Shown one piece after another: positions 44,063 to 54,684 of a stretch of 64,000 nucleotides of DNA (its first letter is position 1; every line of letters starts with the position of its first letter). The notes beneath the pieces are model-generated. The model was not told the origin of the DNA, made no database searches, and saw only the letters and a list, made by a program, of their open reading frames with translations. Origin of the DNA: an uncultured Planctomycetota bacterium (GTDB taxonomy: Bacteria; Planctomycetota; Planctomycetia; Isosphaerales; Isosphaeraceae); the NCBI GenBank assembly GCA_963823665.1, contig CAWGMQ010000010.1, positions 224,001 to 288,000 on the forward strand, read 5' to 3'. The position numbers and the translations under genes were made by a program.

Positions 44063-47000
44063 TCAATCGTCGAGCGGGATTGCTGTTGCACGCCACAGCC
44101 ATTTCCACCGTTTTTCCGGTGGCATTCCCAGCACCTGTGCGAGCCTGATCCGAGCCAGTTCCCTCGGATCTGTGCGTCCGGGGTTGCGGGGTGATGATGC
44201 GGATTCCAGCAGAGCCACCGCAGCCCGGGGATCGATGCAGGCCTTCGCGGTCATGAAACTGGGATCGAGCTCGTCGCGCCGGCCCGTTTCGGTGGCCAGG
44301 GCGCGGATGTAGGAATCGAAGGGCTCGAACAACGCGGCGGCCACCTCGCGGTCATACCGGGCGAGCAGCATGCACTCGAAGCTCGCGTTCGAGCGTTTGA
44401 GCAGGTCTTCGTGTTCCGTGTCCACTCGAGAATGAAGCGCCACGGCTCGCCAGTAAACCTCTGCCAGTCGTTCGGGGGCAACCCGCTCGACGACGGGCAG
44501 AATGACGGCGGCTGGGTTGGTTGCGTGCAGATAGAAGACGCCACCCATGCTTGGTTCCGGGCTCGGAGCCAGTTCCCGCAGCCGATCGATCTCCCGGATC
44601 GCGCGATCGATCGCATCGTAGGCGGCGGCCCTGTCCTTTTCAGCCAGCCCAAGTGCCACATGGGCGAAGCCGGAGGCGCGCGTCGCGGGATCGCGTGCTG
44701 AGTCGACCACGCGCATTGCGCGCTGCGGATCGACACTGGCAAGGCGACGGCAGAATCGCAGTAGATCGAACAAGGAATTTGTCTGGTTATTGCCAGCGTC
44801 GCGCAAATTGAAGACCTGCTCGGCCAGCGCCGGGTGGTCGATCGCTAGCTGGCACGCGACCTGCGCGAGGGCATGATCACGCGTACCGGCGTTCGCCTGA
44901 GGCGTCGGTAGCTTCCGCAGGCGTTCGACGATGCCATCGGGCTCGAGCCTGGCAAGCTGGCTGAGGAATTCGGTCTGAAACACGGTAGTTGACATCTTGA
45001 CTTCTTCGAGCAGCAGCCGGGCGCGATCTTGCTCGCCCAGGTCCAGCCACCCTTCGGCGAGTGCGGAGACCTGTTGCAGGTGACTCACGTCGCTCACGCG
45101 TTGGGCACCATGCTTGAGCATTGCGGTTGCTCGTTCCAGGATCGCGCGCTTCCGGATGCGCTCGGACGTGGGCAGGGCTTTGACCACGCCCGCCAGAGCG
45201 CTGACTCTCGTCGCTGGGTCGACGAGCGAATCGGCCATCGCCTCAGCCTGCGCGGGTTCCTTCACCGCAAGCTTGGCCGCTAGGGATTTCCGGACCAGTT
45301 GATCAATGCGATCCTCGTCGCGGAACTCGCCAGCGCGTAACAGTTCGAGTGCCCGGCTCAGGTCAATCTCACTGAGCGCGGCGATGGCCGCGGGCCTGGG
45401 CGCGTTCACGCCATTTTCCCCAGGGATACGCAGGTACGGGTCGAGCAGCCGGTTTGCCAGGGCTCGTGACTCGTCGAGGGAGATCGGATCGGCCAGCGGC
45501 TTCATGTTCGCTGTGATTGATTCACTCACGCGCACCAGCGTCAATTCCCCCACATCGGCCGTTGACGACGGATCGACCAATTGACCGTGAAGTCGGAAGC
45601 CCTTCTGCTCGACCAGAATGACGGCCTTACCGGGGGCGATGCCGGTAAGAGTAAATCCCCCTTGGGCATCGGTCAGCGCGGACGGGCCACCAGCCGGGAT
45701 GAAGACCCGGACGCCCGCGAGTGAGCGTCCCTTTTGGTCCTTGATCCGGCCCGTCAACTTTTGAAGCGGCTGAAGACGGATGGGAGGAATCGCAGCGCGA
45801 TCGCCACTTAGCGTGACCCAGTCGGAGACAAACGGTTGGAACCCCTCGTGCCGGATTATCACGCGGTAGGTCGAGCCGGAGAGCAGAGTGGCGGGAGTCT
45901 GGAACGCGCCTTGAGGTCCTGTTCTAAGCGGCTCGGGTTCGAGCCGAAGTATCTCGTCCGGCGTGATTCGTCGATTACCGAATGGGTCGCTTGCGCTGAA
46001 GTCGCTCCGCAGAATCTTTGGCCCTTGGACCCAGACCTGCACCGGAATGCCGGCCAGCGGCGCACCGGATGTCGCACGGACGATTCCGACCACTCGCCCT
46101 GGACGGCCAAGCTTGAGGACCGCGTTCGACCCTTCCGGTGATTCGAGTCGAAGCGTGTGCGGCGCAACTCCTTGACCAGCGACCCGGACTGACACGGGCT
46201 TCATGATTCCGGGTAGGTAAGTCAGCGTGGCCACGCCCGTGCCGTTTGTTGTCGCGGTCAGCCGCTCGTGCCATGACGCTGGAATCGTGGCCCACACGGA
46301 TTTGCCCGGCACCGTGCGCCTGAGCATGTCTGGAGTGACGCGAAGGTCTGTGATGGGCCGGTTATCCTGCCCGAGAACGTTGATGGTGAACTTAGACTGG
46401 TCGTCGAGGGTCACGAGAACCACGAAGGGATTCGCATTTCTGGCGAATGAGACATCCTTCGTCGCGATCGCACGCCCGGGCTGGTAGACCCAGATATTTG
46501 CGGAGTGGACTCGCGCCCCGGGGCGCTGCTCGAGCAACTTCGAGCTGCGCATTGCCGGTGCCGTCGGTGTCGACACGCTTGACGACCGGCTCGAGACTTC
46601 CAGCGCGCTGCGCGCATACCAGAGCGTCACCGCGACATCGGCCCCGGAGAGCCGCCGACCCGCCGAATCGGTGACTTCCACCCGGAGGACGAACGGACCT
46701 GAATACGTGGCCGGTTTCGCGGCCGGAGCGCGGGACTGGGCCTCGGCGGCCGGAGAAGCCGTCGGGCGCTCGAGAGCTTCCTGGCCCGGTTCGCCGGTGG
46801 GTGCGGGATTCTTGTCGCGAGCTGATGAAAACCCCATCACGCACGCCCCAGCGGTCAAAAGCCCGGCAATCAAAGCCGCGGCGGCCATGAGAGTCAGCTT
46901 GGCATTCGTCATCGATTTGATCGTCGCTTCCAGTAAGACAACGGCTTCGGACGACACGACCCCGACCAGCGATACCCTGTCGATCCCCGCCAGGAGCGCG

Positions 47001-47686
47001 CCACGCAACGTCGTATCCGCGAGACGCGCTGCAAGCAGCACCTGGGCCGATTCCGTGTCTCGCGATGAGTCTGCTGGGTCGAACGGAAGCACCGCCGGGC
47101 CGACACCGCGCTGGATCAACCGCATACGCAGTCGCTCGCGTGCCCAGGCCAATCGGCTTTTCACCGATCCCACCGGCCAGCCCAGACGCTCGGCGGCCAT
47201 CTCGTGGGTCAGCCCTTCGAGGTAGCACAACACGACGGCCGCCCGGTATTTCCCGGGGAGTCGGCCGATCTCTTCGTGGATGGCGAGGGTCAACTCTGCG
47301 TCACACACAGGATCGTAGAGGGACTCCTGGGTGACGGTTGATTTCATTCCAGCTCGCGCCAGCTCGTGCCGTCGGCGCACGGCCGCTCGCGAGCGCTCAG
47401 AAGCCGCGACTCGAAGCGCCACACCGTGCAACCACGACGCCACCGAATCGCGTCGGCGGATCGAACGCGCGCGGACGGCGAGCACGAGGAAGGTCGCCTG
47501 AAAGGCGTCCTCGACCTCGTGCCGATCGCCAAGCACACCCCGACAGACGCGAAGCACCATCAGGCCGTGTCGTGCCAGAAGCGCGGCAAAGGCGAGCTCG
47601 GCGGTCTCGTCGTGTTCGCTCCGGCGCGACTCAAACCGTTGCAAGAGCTCCTCGTCGCTCAGGCCGGCCGGCGAGCCATAGCGCAA
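44063..47686 (-). CDS. ECF sigma-70 factor with TM, carboxypeptidase-regulatory-like repeats and helical repeats (~1,210 aa; start may lie ~50 bp upstream)
   Basis: LSDEELL, ARHGLMV, EDAFQATF, SWLHGVA, LPGKYRAAVVLCYLEG, GSVKSRL; local compensating frameshifts near 46530-46600. Confidence 0.88.
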   Translation of the reverse strand: MRYGSPAGLSDEELLQRFESRRSEHDETAELAFAALLARHGLMVLRVCRGVLGDRHEVEDAFQATFLVLAVRARSIRRRDSVASWLHGVALRVAASERSRAAVRRRHELARAGMKSTVTQESLYDPVCDAELTLAIHEEIGRLPGKYRAAVVLCYLEGLTHEMAAERLGWPVGSVKSRLAWARERLRMRLIQRGVGPAVLPFDPADSSRDTESAQVLLAARLADTTLRGALLAGIDRVSLVGVVSSEAVVLLEATIKSMTNAKLTLMAAAALIAGLLTAGACVMGFSSARDKNPAPTGEPGQEALERPTASPAAEAQSRAPAAKPATYSGPFVLRVEVTDSAGRRLSGADVAVTLWYARSALEVSSRSSSVSTPTAPAMRSSKLLEQRPGARVHSANIWVYQPGRAIATKDVSFARNANPFVVLVTLDDQSKFTINVLGQDNRPITDLRVTPDMLRRTVPGKSVWATIPASWHERLTATTNGTGVATLTYLPGIMKPVSVRVAGQGVAPHTLRLESPEGSNAVLKLGRPGRVVGIVRATSGAPLAGIPVQVWVQGPKILRSDFSASDPFGNRRITPDEILRLEPEPLRTGPQGAFQTPATLLSGSTYRVIIRHEGFQPFVSDWVTLSGDRAAIPPIRLQPLQKLTGRIKDQKGRSLAGVRVFIPAGGPSALTDAQGGFTLTGIAPGKAVILVEQKGFRLHGQLVDPSSTADVGELTLVRVSESITANMKPLADPISLDESRALANRLLDPYLRIPGENGVNAPRPAAIAALSEIDLSRALELLRAGEFRDEDRIDQLVRKSLAAKLAVKEPAQAEAMADSLVDPATRVSALAGVVKALPTSERIRKRAILERATAMLKHGAQRVSDVSHLQQVSALAEGWLDLGEQDRARLLLEEVKMSTTVFQTEFLSQLARLEPDGIVERLRKLPTPQANAGTRDHALAQVACQLAIDHPALAEQVFNLRDAGNNQTNSLFDLLRFCRRLASVDPQRAMRVVDSARDPATRASGFAHVALGLAEKDRAAAYDAIDRAIREIDRLRELAPSPEPSMGGVFYLHATNPAAVILPVVERVAPERLAEVYWRAVALHSRVDTEHEDLLKRSNASFECMLLARYDREVAAALFEPFDSYIRALATETGRRDELDPSFMTAKACIDPRAAVALLESASSPRNPGRTDPRELARIRLAQVLGMPPEKRWKWLWRATAIPLDD

Positions 47687-47816
47687 CAGATCCGACAGGA
47701 ATCTCGGTATGCCGTGGGAGGATTCGGTAATGATGACTCAACCGCCCTCAAGCTTGCGCCTCGAAATCCAACCTGTTCGAAATAGTCTCGCGCGGGATGG
47801 TGGGCGATCAGGTTTT

Positions 47817-48285
47817 TTACGGCGCACCCGCCGATTCCCGGCTGGCGGCGACATATTCGGCCACGTACGCCAGAGTGCGATCGAGCTGCGACTTCAAGTG
47901 GCGCACCCGCAGGATGCTGCGGATGCGGCAGAGAAGCTCGGTCTTGTTCACTGGCTTTGTCAGGAAGTCGTCGGTGCCCGCCTGCACGCCGCGCTCGAAA
48001 TCGGCCGCTTCGTTGAGCGCGGTGACCATAAGGATCAGCAGCTCCTTGGTCTTGGGATTGGCGCGGATCTTCTTGCAAACCTCGAAACCCGATAGTCGAG
48101 GCATCATCACGTCCAGCAAGCAGAAGATCGGGCTCGAACTCCTCGACGACGTGCAATGTTTCCTCGCCATCGGCAGCGGTACGGATTTCGCATGGGAAAT
48201 CGCTCAAGTAGGCCTCGAGCAGTTCGACATTCTGCAGATTGTCGTCGGCGATCAAGATTTTGGGAGGGGCCGCGGATGGATCCAA
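47817..48285 (-). CDS. Single-domain response regulator (REC); frameshift near 48120
   Basis: ILIADD, PDL|LLDVMMP, MVTAL, DFLTKP. Confidence 0.88.
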
Positions 48286-48672
48286 TTCGTTTTCCCCAAA
48301 TCACGGAGGAAGCCTGCGGCGCGCAAGCGATTGCCGAGATCCGGTGCGACGGAACCGCTCGCCCCATGCCGATTCGCTTCAGCCCGCCTGCGATCGCACG
48401 AATCGTCAAACCGCGCAACTTCGTGGAGCAACGCTGCTTGACGCCGGCGGTCGCTCATTCTAACGGAGATCGCGGTCCAGCGCAAACCACAAAATTCCTG
48501 GAGAAAGTCGTCCCGGCCTCACCACTGGAACTCGTGACAAGAAAACGTCATGCCGCCAGCAGTTGCCGCGACACAGTATTGTGCTACAATTGTAGAGTTT
48601 AAGAGCCTGCCGAAGGCTCGTTCTGCCCAACCCGATCGACCTGAGCATACATCGCTTGAAGGAGGCACCGCC

Positions 48673-49258
48673 GTGCCTTTGCGCGACATCGACAGCAAGC
48701 TCATCGATCGCTGCCTGGGCAAGGAGCCCGGGGCGTGGAACGACTTTGTTGACCGGTACATGGGCTTGATCTACCACGTGATCCAGCACGTTGCGTATGC
48801 CCGGAGCCGTCTGCGTCAGCACCGAAGATGTCGAGGACATCGCCGCCGAGATCTTTCTGAAGATCGTCGACAACGACTACGCCGTCCTCAAGAAATTCAA
48901 AGGAATGAGCTCGCTGCCGACCTATCTGACGGTGATCGCGCGGCGCATCTGCGTGAAAGAGCTCATCAAGCGTCATCGCGAGCAAGAGCTCGGCCATGCG
49001 AACGCCCACCGGGCCGCTGTCGACGACGGCGGTTCAGACGAAGTCGAGGCGATCGTCTCGGCCGAGGAAGTCGACAAGATGCTCGAGGACTTGACCGAGA
49101 CCGAAGCGGAAGTCGTCCGGCTCTACCACTTGAAGTTCCTGAACTATCGCGATATCGCCAAGCAGCTCGGCATGAAGGAAAACTCCGTCGGGCCGATCCT
49201 TGCGCGTGCACGGAAGAAGCTTCGCGAAGCTGCGGAACATCAACAGAGCGCGAGCTGA
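48673..49258 (+). CDS. ECF sigma-70 factor (short type); frameshift near 48815
   Basis: GTG after GGAGG; AWNDFVDRY, EDIAAEIF, TYLTVIARR, NSVGPILARAR; TGCTACAAT extended -10 at ~48582-48590. Confidence 0.85.
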
Positions 49259-49351
49259 GCGGTGGAGTGCTCTGCTGGAAATCGCGGTGCGCCCCTTGGG
49301 AGCGCTGCGGAGTAGCGAGCATAGCGTTCCCACGCGGGGCGCAGAAACGTG

Positions 49352-50491
49352 TTATCGCCCGACCGGTGAGTCGTCGGCCGCGGTCCAGCGGGCCGATTCG
49401 TCGGCGGGGCCAGACGGCATCGGAGCACGCACCACGTCTTCAAGCGGGCTGGAGATCCGGCCGGGAGCTGCGCGGCGTGCATCAGAGGCACGGGCGGTCG
49501 GGGTCGAGTCAGGCTCATCCGTTACGGGAGTCGGCCGCCCGAGCTTCACTCCATTTCGCGGCGCGGGAGCTGGCAGCGTTCGCCGCACGGTCGTCCGGTT
49601 ATCTTTCGCTTCCGATCGGGCCATATCGGCCAGGTTCACGCGCTTATATCCGGGAATGGACGGCTCGACGAAGAGTCTGGCCGCCTTGGAGCTATCAAAC
49701 TGATTGACGATCACGTCCTTGAGGGCGACATCCAGCATCAACTGGTCTCTCTTCCATTCGAGTCTGAGTCTTTCGGGCAAGTAGCAGCTTTGAAAGGCGC
49801 CCGACTCTGATCTCTCGATGTCGAAGTCCTTGTATCCCGGGATTACCGCCTGGGTCAGCATGGTGTTGATGTGGCCGACGACACAGATCCGGTACTCCTT
49901 GACGCGCCGGGTGTAGTTCGAGACGATCATCACGCGCTGATACGATTCGCCCCGGCTCTTGGCAGGGGGAAAGACCACGGCGCTCAGATTGGGATTATCG
50001 GTTTTCTGCACGCGGATCGAGTCGGCCTCCTCCGGCGTGATCGGCTTCAAGCCGAGGGCTTCCATGATCCAGTCCGGCTGATAGGTGACCGACAGAGCGC
50101 TCGATTCCAGGTCGTTGTAGTTGCACCAGTAGATCGAGCGATCTTCGTCACTCTGCACCCAGAACCAGAATTCCTCGTCGTTTGACCCGATGTCGGCTTT
50201 CTTCTGGCCCATGTGCGTGAGCTCGAGCTTGAAGCTCTGCGGACGGACCATACCCAGCTTGCCATCGGCCTGGACTTTCATGATCTTGCTGTGCACGGCG
50301 ATCGTGGGCCTGGCGTCCAGGCTCTGAATCAAATCGGCGTTCCGGTTGTGCTCGGCAACGAACTGGTCGATATCGAGCGTTCGGTCGGCAACCGGTCGCG
50401 ATTTCGGAGCGAGCGTGCTGCGGTTGAGCGCGGCACAACCTCCCAGACCGAGCGCGGCCATCGCCAGCAAGACATGCCGCGCGGCGATCAT
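49352..50491 (-). CDS. Hypothetical lipoprotein (possibly LolA/LolB-like fold)
   Basis: Lipobox LGGC; DIGSNDEEFWFW; Pro-rich tail. Confidence 0.65.
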   Translation of the reverse strand: MIAARHVLLAMAALGLGGCAALNRSTLAPKSRPVADRTLDIDQFVAEHNRNADLIQSLDARPTIAVHSKIMKVQADGKLGMVRPQSFKLELTHMGQKKADIGSNDEEFWFWVQSDEDRSIYWCNYNDLESSALSVTYQPDWIMEALGLKPITPEEADSIRVQKTDNPNLSAVVFPPAKSRGESYQRVMIVSNYTRRVKEYRICVVGHINTMLTQAVIPGYKDFDIERSESGAFQSCYLPERLRLEWKRDQLMLDVALKDVIVNQFDSSKAARLFVEPSIPGYKRVNLADMARSEAKDNRTTVRRTLPAPAPRNGVKLGRPTPVTDEPDSTPTARASDARRAAPGRISSPLEDVVRAPMPSGPADESARWTAADDSPVGR

Positions 50492-50635
50492 TCAGCACTC
50501 CCTCTGCGTGGAACCAGCCCGCGCGCGAACTCCGCGCACCGCTACTACTTAATGATTCGGCAGCCAGAGATGTGGCCGTGAAGGGGCAGGCAACTTATCC
50601 CAAGTGCCCATATTGAACAAGGGCGAATCCGAGGA

Positions 50636-51826
50636 TCAGCGCAGGAACCGCTCGAGCGCGTCAAAGCCTTTCTCGAGCGTCCGGAGGCTGGTGGCGAACG
50701 ACATGCGGGCGTATCCCTCAGCACCAAACGCAGAACCCATCACGAGAGCCACGTTAGCTTGGCTGAGTGCGGCCATGCAGAACGACGTGGAATTCTCGAT
50801 GAGTGTGCCGCCGATCGTCCGGCCGAAATGGGCCGAGACGTTCATGAAGGCGTAAAAGGCACCGTCCGGGGGGGTGCAAGTGACATCCGCCAGCGTGCTG
50901 ATGCGCGACATCACGTAGTCCCGTCGCTTTTGAAACTCGGCTTTCATCCGGACCACCGAGTCCTGCGGGCCGATGACGGCCTCGAGTGCCGCCCACTGGC
51001 TGACGGAGCAGGGGTTGCTGGTTTCCTGGCTCTGAATGTCCCCCATGAATTTCGCGACGGGCTCGGCCGCGACCGCCCAGCCGATGCGCCAGCCGGTCAT
51101 CGCATACGTCTTGCTGACGCCGGAAATCGTGATGGTGCGATCGGCCAGTCCAGGGCGAAGCGTGGCAAAACACGTGGGTTTTGCGTCGCCGTACGTGAGC
51201 TGCTCGTAAATCTCGTCGGAGAGGACTCCGGCGTCCGTCTGGAGGATCACGTCGGCAAGTGCCTCCAGCTCATCGCGTTGATAAACGACCCCAGTGGGGT
51301 TTGACGGGCTGTTGATCATGAAAAGCTTGGCACGTGGCGTGATGGCTTCTCGCAACTGGCGAGGCGAAAGCTTGAAGCCGGCGGCCTCCGGCGTGGGAAT
51401 GATCACGGGCGTTGCGCCGGTCAGTTTAACCAGGTCGGAGTAGCTCACCCAGTACGGCGCTGGAATCACGACTTCGTCACCCGGCCCGCAGACCGCCATC
51501 AGTGCGTTATGCAGGGAGTGCTTCGCACCATTCGAGACGACCACCTGTGCGGCTTCGGTCTTCAAACCGTGATGACGCGTGTAATGCGAAGCGATCGCCT
51601 GGCGCAGCTCCGGAATGCCGGCGGGGGGCGTGTAATGCGTCAAGCCGCCCGAGATCGCTTTCCACGCCGCCTGCTGGATATTGTCCGGCGTATCGAAATC
51701 GGGCTCGCCGAGCGCGAAGTCCAGCACCTCGATCCCCTTCGCTTTCAAGCGACGGGCTTCCGCCCCCATCATCAGCGTTGCCGACGGCTCGATCAAACTC
51801 GAACGCTTCGCAAGTGTTAAAAACAC
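50636..51826 (-). CDS. aspC: PLP-dependent aminotransferase class I/II (aspartate aminotransferase-like)
   Basis: GEPDF, NSPSNPTG, SDEIY, SKTYAMTGWRIG, GAFY. Confidence 0.92.
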   Translation of the reverse strand: MFLTLAKRSSLIEPSATLMMGAEARRLKAKGIEVLDFALGEPDFDTPDNIQQAAWKAISGGLTHYTPPAGIPELRQAIASHYTRHHGLKTEAAQVVVSNGAKHSLHNALMAVCGPGDEVVIPAPYWVSYSDLVKLTGATPVIIPTPEAAGFKLSPRQLREAITPRAKLFMINSPSNPTGVVYQRDELEALADVILQTDAGVLSDEIYEQLTYGDAKPTCFATLRPGLADRTITISGVSKTYAMTGWRIGWAVAAEPVAKFMGDIQSQETSNPCSVSQWAALEAVIGPQDSVVRMKAEFQKRRDYVMSRISTLADVTCTPPDGAFYAFMNVSAHFGRTIGGTLIENSTSFCMAALSQANVALVMGSAFGAEGYARMSFATSLRTLEKGFDALERFLR

Positions 51827-52341
51827 AGCCTATCCTCCCAGTCGACGCTCACCGGTCAACCCGTCGAATGGACTCACGCCGGCCCGCCGGAGTTCGCCCA
51901 GAACGACAGCAATCATCAAGTTGCCGTAACGCCGCAGTTTGCCTAGAGTGCGAACGAAATTTGCTGGAAACTCCGGGGTGTGGTAAATTATGCTGACGGG
52001 GCAAATGTTACCGATCGCGAGTTCGGTGGAAGCTGTTCGTTGGTGGAATTTGCATAATCCGGGGAACCGGTTTCTTGTGCTTGAGCCGCCGACGGACAGC
52101 GTTTGCCTGGTCACGATTTTCAGTTCGAGCGAGCCCGGCACGGAGGGACGGCAGAGCCAGTCCTTAAGCGGGGCGCTGCGTGGTCTCGGATTCGCATGCA
52201 TGTCTTTCCCGTTCGGGTTGAGACTTCGTCGAAACGCGACCTAGTGTAACTACGCGGACCATGGAGGGATAAGAGCGAAGAACTGGAAATCACCCGCACC
52301 GCACCCTTGAGCTTCTGCAACGATTGAGCGTGGGGGAAAAA

Positions 52342-53621
52342 ATGCACCGCGTGGTGGTGAGCGGAGTCGGCGTTGTCGCGCCCAACGGCGTGGGCCGTCG
52401 CGACTTTTCCGAAGCAATCTTCGAAGGCCGATCCGGAGTTGGTTTCATCGAGAGCTTCGACACATCCGGCCAGAGCATCAAGATCGCCGGAGAGGTCAAG
52501 CACTTCGACGTGCTGCCTTTCCTGGGCGAGTACAAGAAGAACCTGAAGATGATGAGCCGGGCCGTGCGGTTCGCCGTCGGGGCCGCGGCGCTGGCCGTGG
52601 AGGATTCCGGTGTCGATACGAACCGGCTGGACCCCGGCCGATTCGGCGTTTGCATGGGGACCGGGATCACGCCGGTGGATGTGGGCGAGCTGGTCGACCC
52701 GATCATGAGGGGGGTCGGCACGGACGGTGAGTTCGACATGGGCCGGTTTGCCCTGGCGCGCGCCGAGTCGATTTTCCCGTTGTGGCTGCTCCAGCACCTC
52801 CCCAACATGGCGGCGGCCCACATCTCGATTCTTCACCACGCGATGGGACCCAACAACACGATCGTGACAGCGTGCGCGGCCGGGACGCAGGCCGTCGGGG
52901 AAGCCTTCAGGTTGATCGCCCGGGGAGATGCCGACATCATGCTGGCCGGCGGCTGCGACAGCCGGCTCGATCCCCACCTCATGGTGGCCTACACCGCCAT
53001 GAAGGCCGTCAGCACCTCGGCGCGACCGCCGAGCGAGGTGTCGCGGCCGTTTGACGCCGAACGGAATGGATTCGTGCTGGGCGAGGGTGCGGCTGTCATC
53101 GTGCTGGAAAGCTACCGGCGAGCCAAGCGGCGGGGGGCGACGATCTACGCCGAGATCACGGGATACGGCTCATCGTTCGACGCGTTCGGAATCACCCGGC
53201 CAGAGCCCGAAGGGAAGGGGGCGGCGCTTTCGATGTCGGCGGCGCTTCGCGAGGCGCGGGTCGATCCCTCCGAGATCAATTACATCAACGCCCACGGCAC
53301 CAGCACGCGGCTCAACGACCTGATGGAGACGGTCGCGGTCAAACGCGTTTTCGGCCACCGGGCCAATTCGATTCCGATCAGCTCGCAGAAGTCGATGATC
53401 GGCCACTTGATCGGCGCCTCGGCGCGGTTGAAGCCGCCGCAACGGCACTGTCGCTGCGCGAGGGCGTGGTGCCCCCGACCATCAACCTGGCGACGCCCGA
53501 TCCCGAGTGCGACCTCGATTATGTTCCCAACACATCGCGAGAAATCCCGGTCGAAACAGCCATTTCCAACAGCTTCGGTTTCGGTGGGCAGAATGCGTCG
53601 CTGGTGATGACCAGAGTTTGA
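52342..53621 (+). CDS. fabF: Beta-ketoacyl-ACP synthase II family; frameshift near 53425
   Basis: [34 protein letters not shown], then [14 protein letters not shown] in the next frame. Confidence 0.9.
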
Positions 53622-53652
53622 GCGCTCTCGTCTACGCCAGGTAGTCGAGAAA

Positions 53653-54516
53653 CTAGCCCGACTCGCCTTTTCCGCTGCCAGCCAGCCGCGCGGCCTGGTG
53701 TCGCAATGCGATACCGCGGCCAAGCCGCCAAAGCGCGAGGAAAGCGATGACGCCGCCCAGCGCCGGTAACCGTGCACGATTGTGGTCCGGCGGTCCAGCA
53801 TTTCGGCCGCGCTGTTGAGGGTTTTCGATGAATTGGACCACACCGATGGCAAGAATGGGCACTCCGGCCAGCAACCCGATCACGCCAGTCACCAGATCTC
53901 GCCGCGCCTTGATTCGAATCGGCCGGGCGACGTCACTTCCGCACTCGAGTCGTGTCTGCTTCCGATAACTGTCGATCTCTCGAATCAGAGGCTTGGGCGC
54001 CAGGAACCAGTAACAGGGAATCTCCGCGGCTCCCCATCGTGTGATTTTCTTGGCTGCCTCGAAGATCTCCCCTGTCGAAACATCGTGTAGGTCGTCTTCG
54101 GGCGGAGACCACTCGTCTGTCGCCACGCCGAGGTGCTCGCCGCTGACGAATCCGGGCAATCGAATGCCCAACTCGGCCCAGCTCCGCGCAAAGCGGCTTG
54201 CACGCGAACCGTCCGGGCGGATCAGTTCGCAATGGGTCTTGCCCAGGACGAGCTGCCAGATCTCGTCTCGACCTCCGATTTCGGCATGAATCAATCGATA
54301 CGTCGGTTCCAGGGCGTCGATGACCCGGAAATCCGGAAGGTCTTTCCGTTTCCTCTCCCGGAGGAACAGCGACACGATGGAGCCGAGCACGCACACGACC
54401 GCCAGGATCCACATGGCCCGCTCGCTCGGCCCGCCAAACGCCACGGCGACCCAGACGCAAAGAGCGGCACATATGGTCATCGAGGTGGCGAAGATAATTC
54501 GAGAAGGAAGGCTCAT
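53653..54516 (-). CDS. Hypothetical membrane protein
   Basis: Two N-terminal and two C-terminal hydrophobic segments; ATG 54516. Confidence 0.55.
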   Translation of the reverse strand: MSLPSRIIFATSMTICAALCVWVAVAFGGPSERAMWILAVVCVLGSIVSLFLRERKRKDLPDFRVIDALEPTYRLIHAEIGGRDEIWQLVLGKTHCELIRPDGSRASRFARSWAELGIRLPGFVSGEHLGVATDEWSPPEDDLHDVSTGEIFEAAKKITRWGAAEIPCYWFLAPKPLIREIDSYRKQTRLECGSDVARPIRIKARRDLVTGVIGLLAGVPILAIGVVQFIENPQQRGRNAGPPDHNRARLPALGGVIAFLALWRLGRGIALRHQAARLAGSGKGESG

Positions 54517-54684
54517 CGCGTTGACAACCCCGTGATTTCCCCGTAAGACCCATCTCAGTGAAAAAGGCGACGCGAACGCGAAAACAGCCCATCGAAGCGA
54601 CGCCTCCGGCGTCTCTTCCATTAGAATCTAACCACCGCCCGGGAACGATGGTCAGCCGTCCCCACGCCGCTGAGGGAACATTTG

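Noticed and set aside
52342..53621. Type II PKS cluster
   Set aside because: Lone KS with FabF motifs; no ACP, chain-length factor or tailoring genes adjacent
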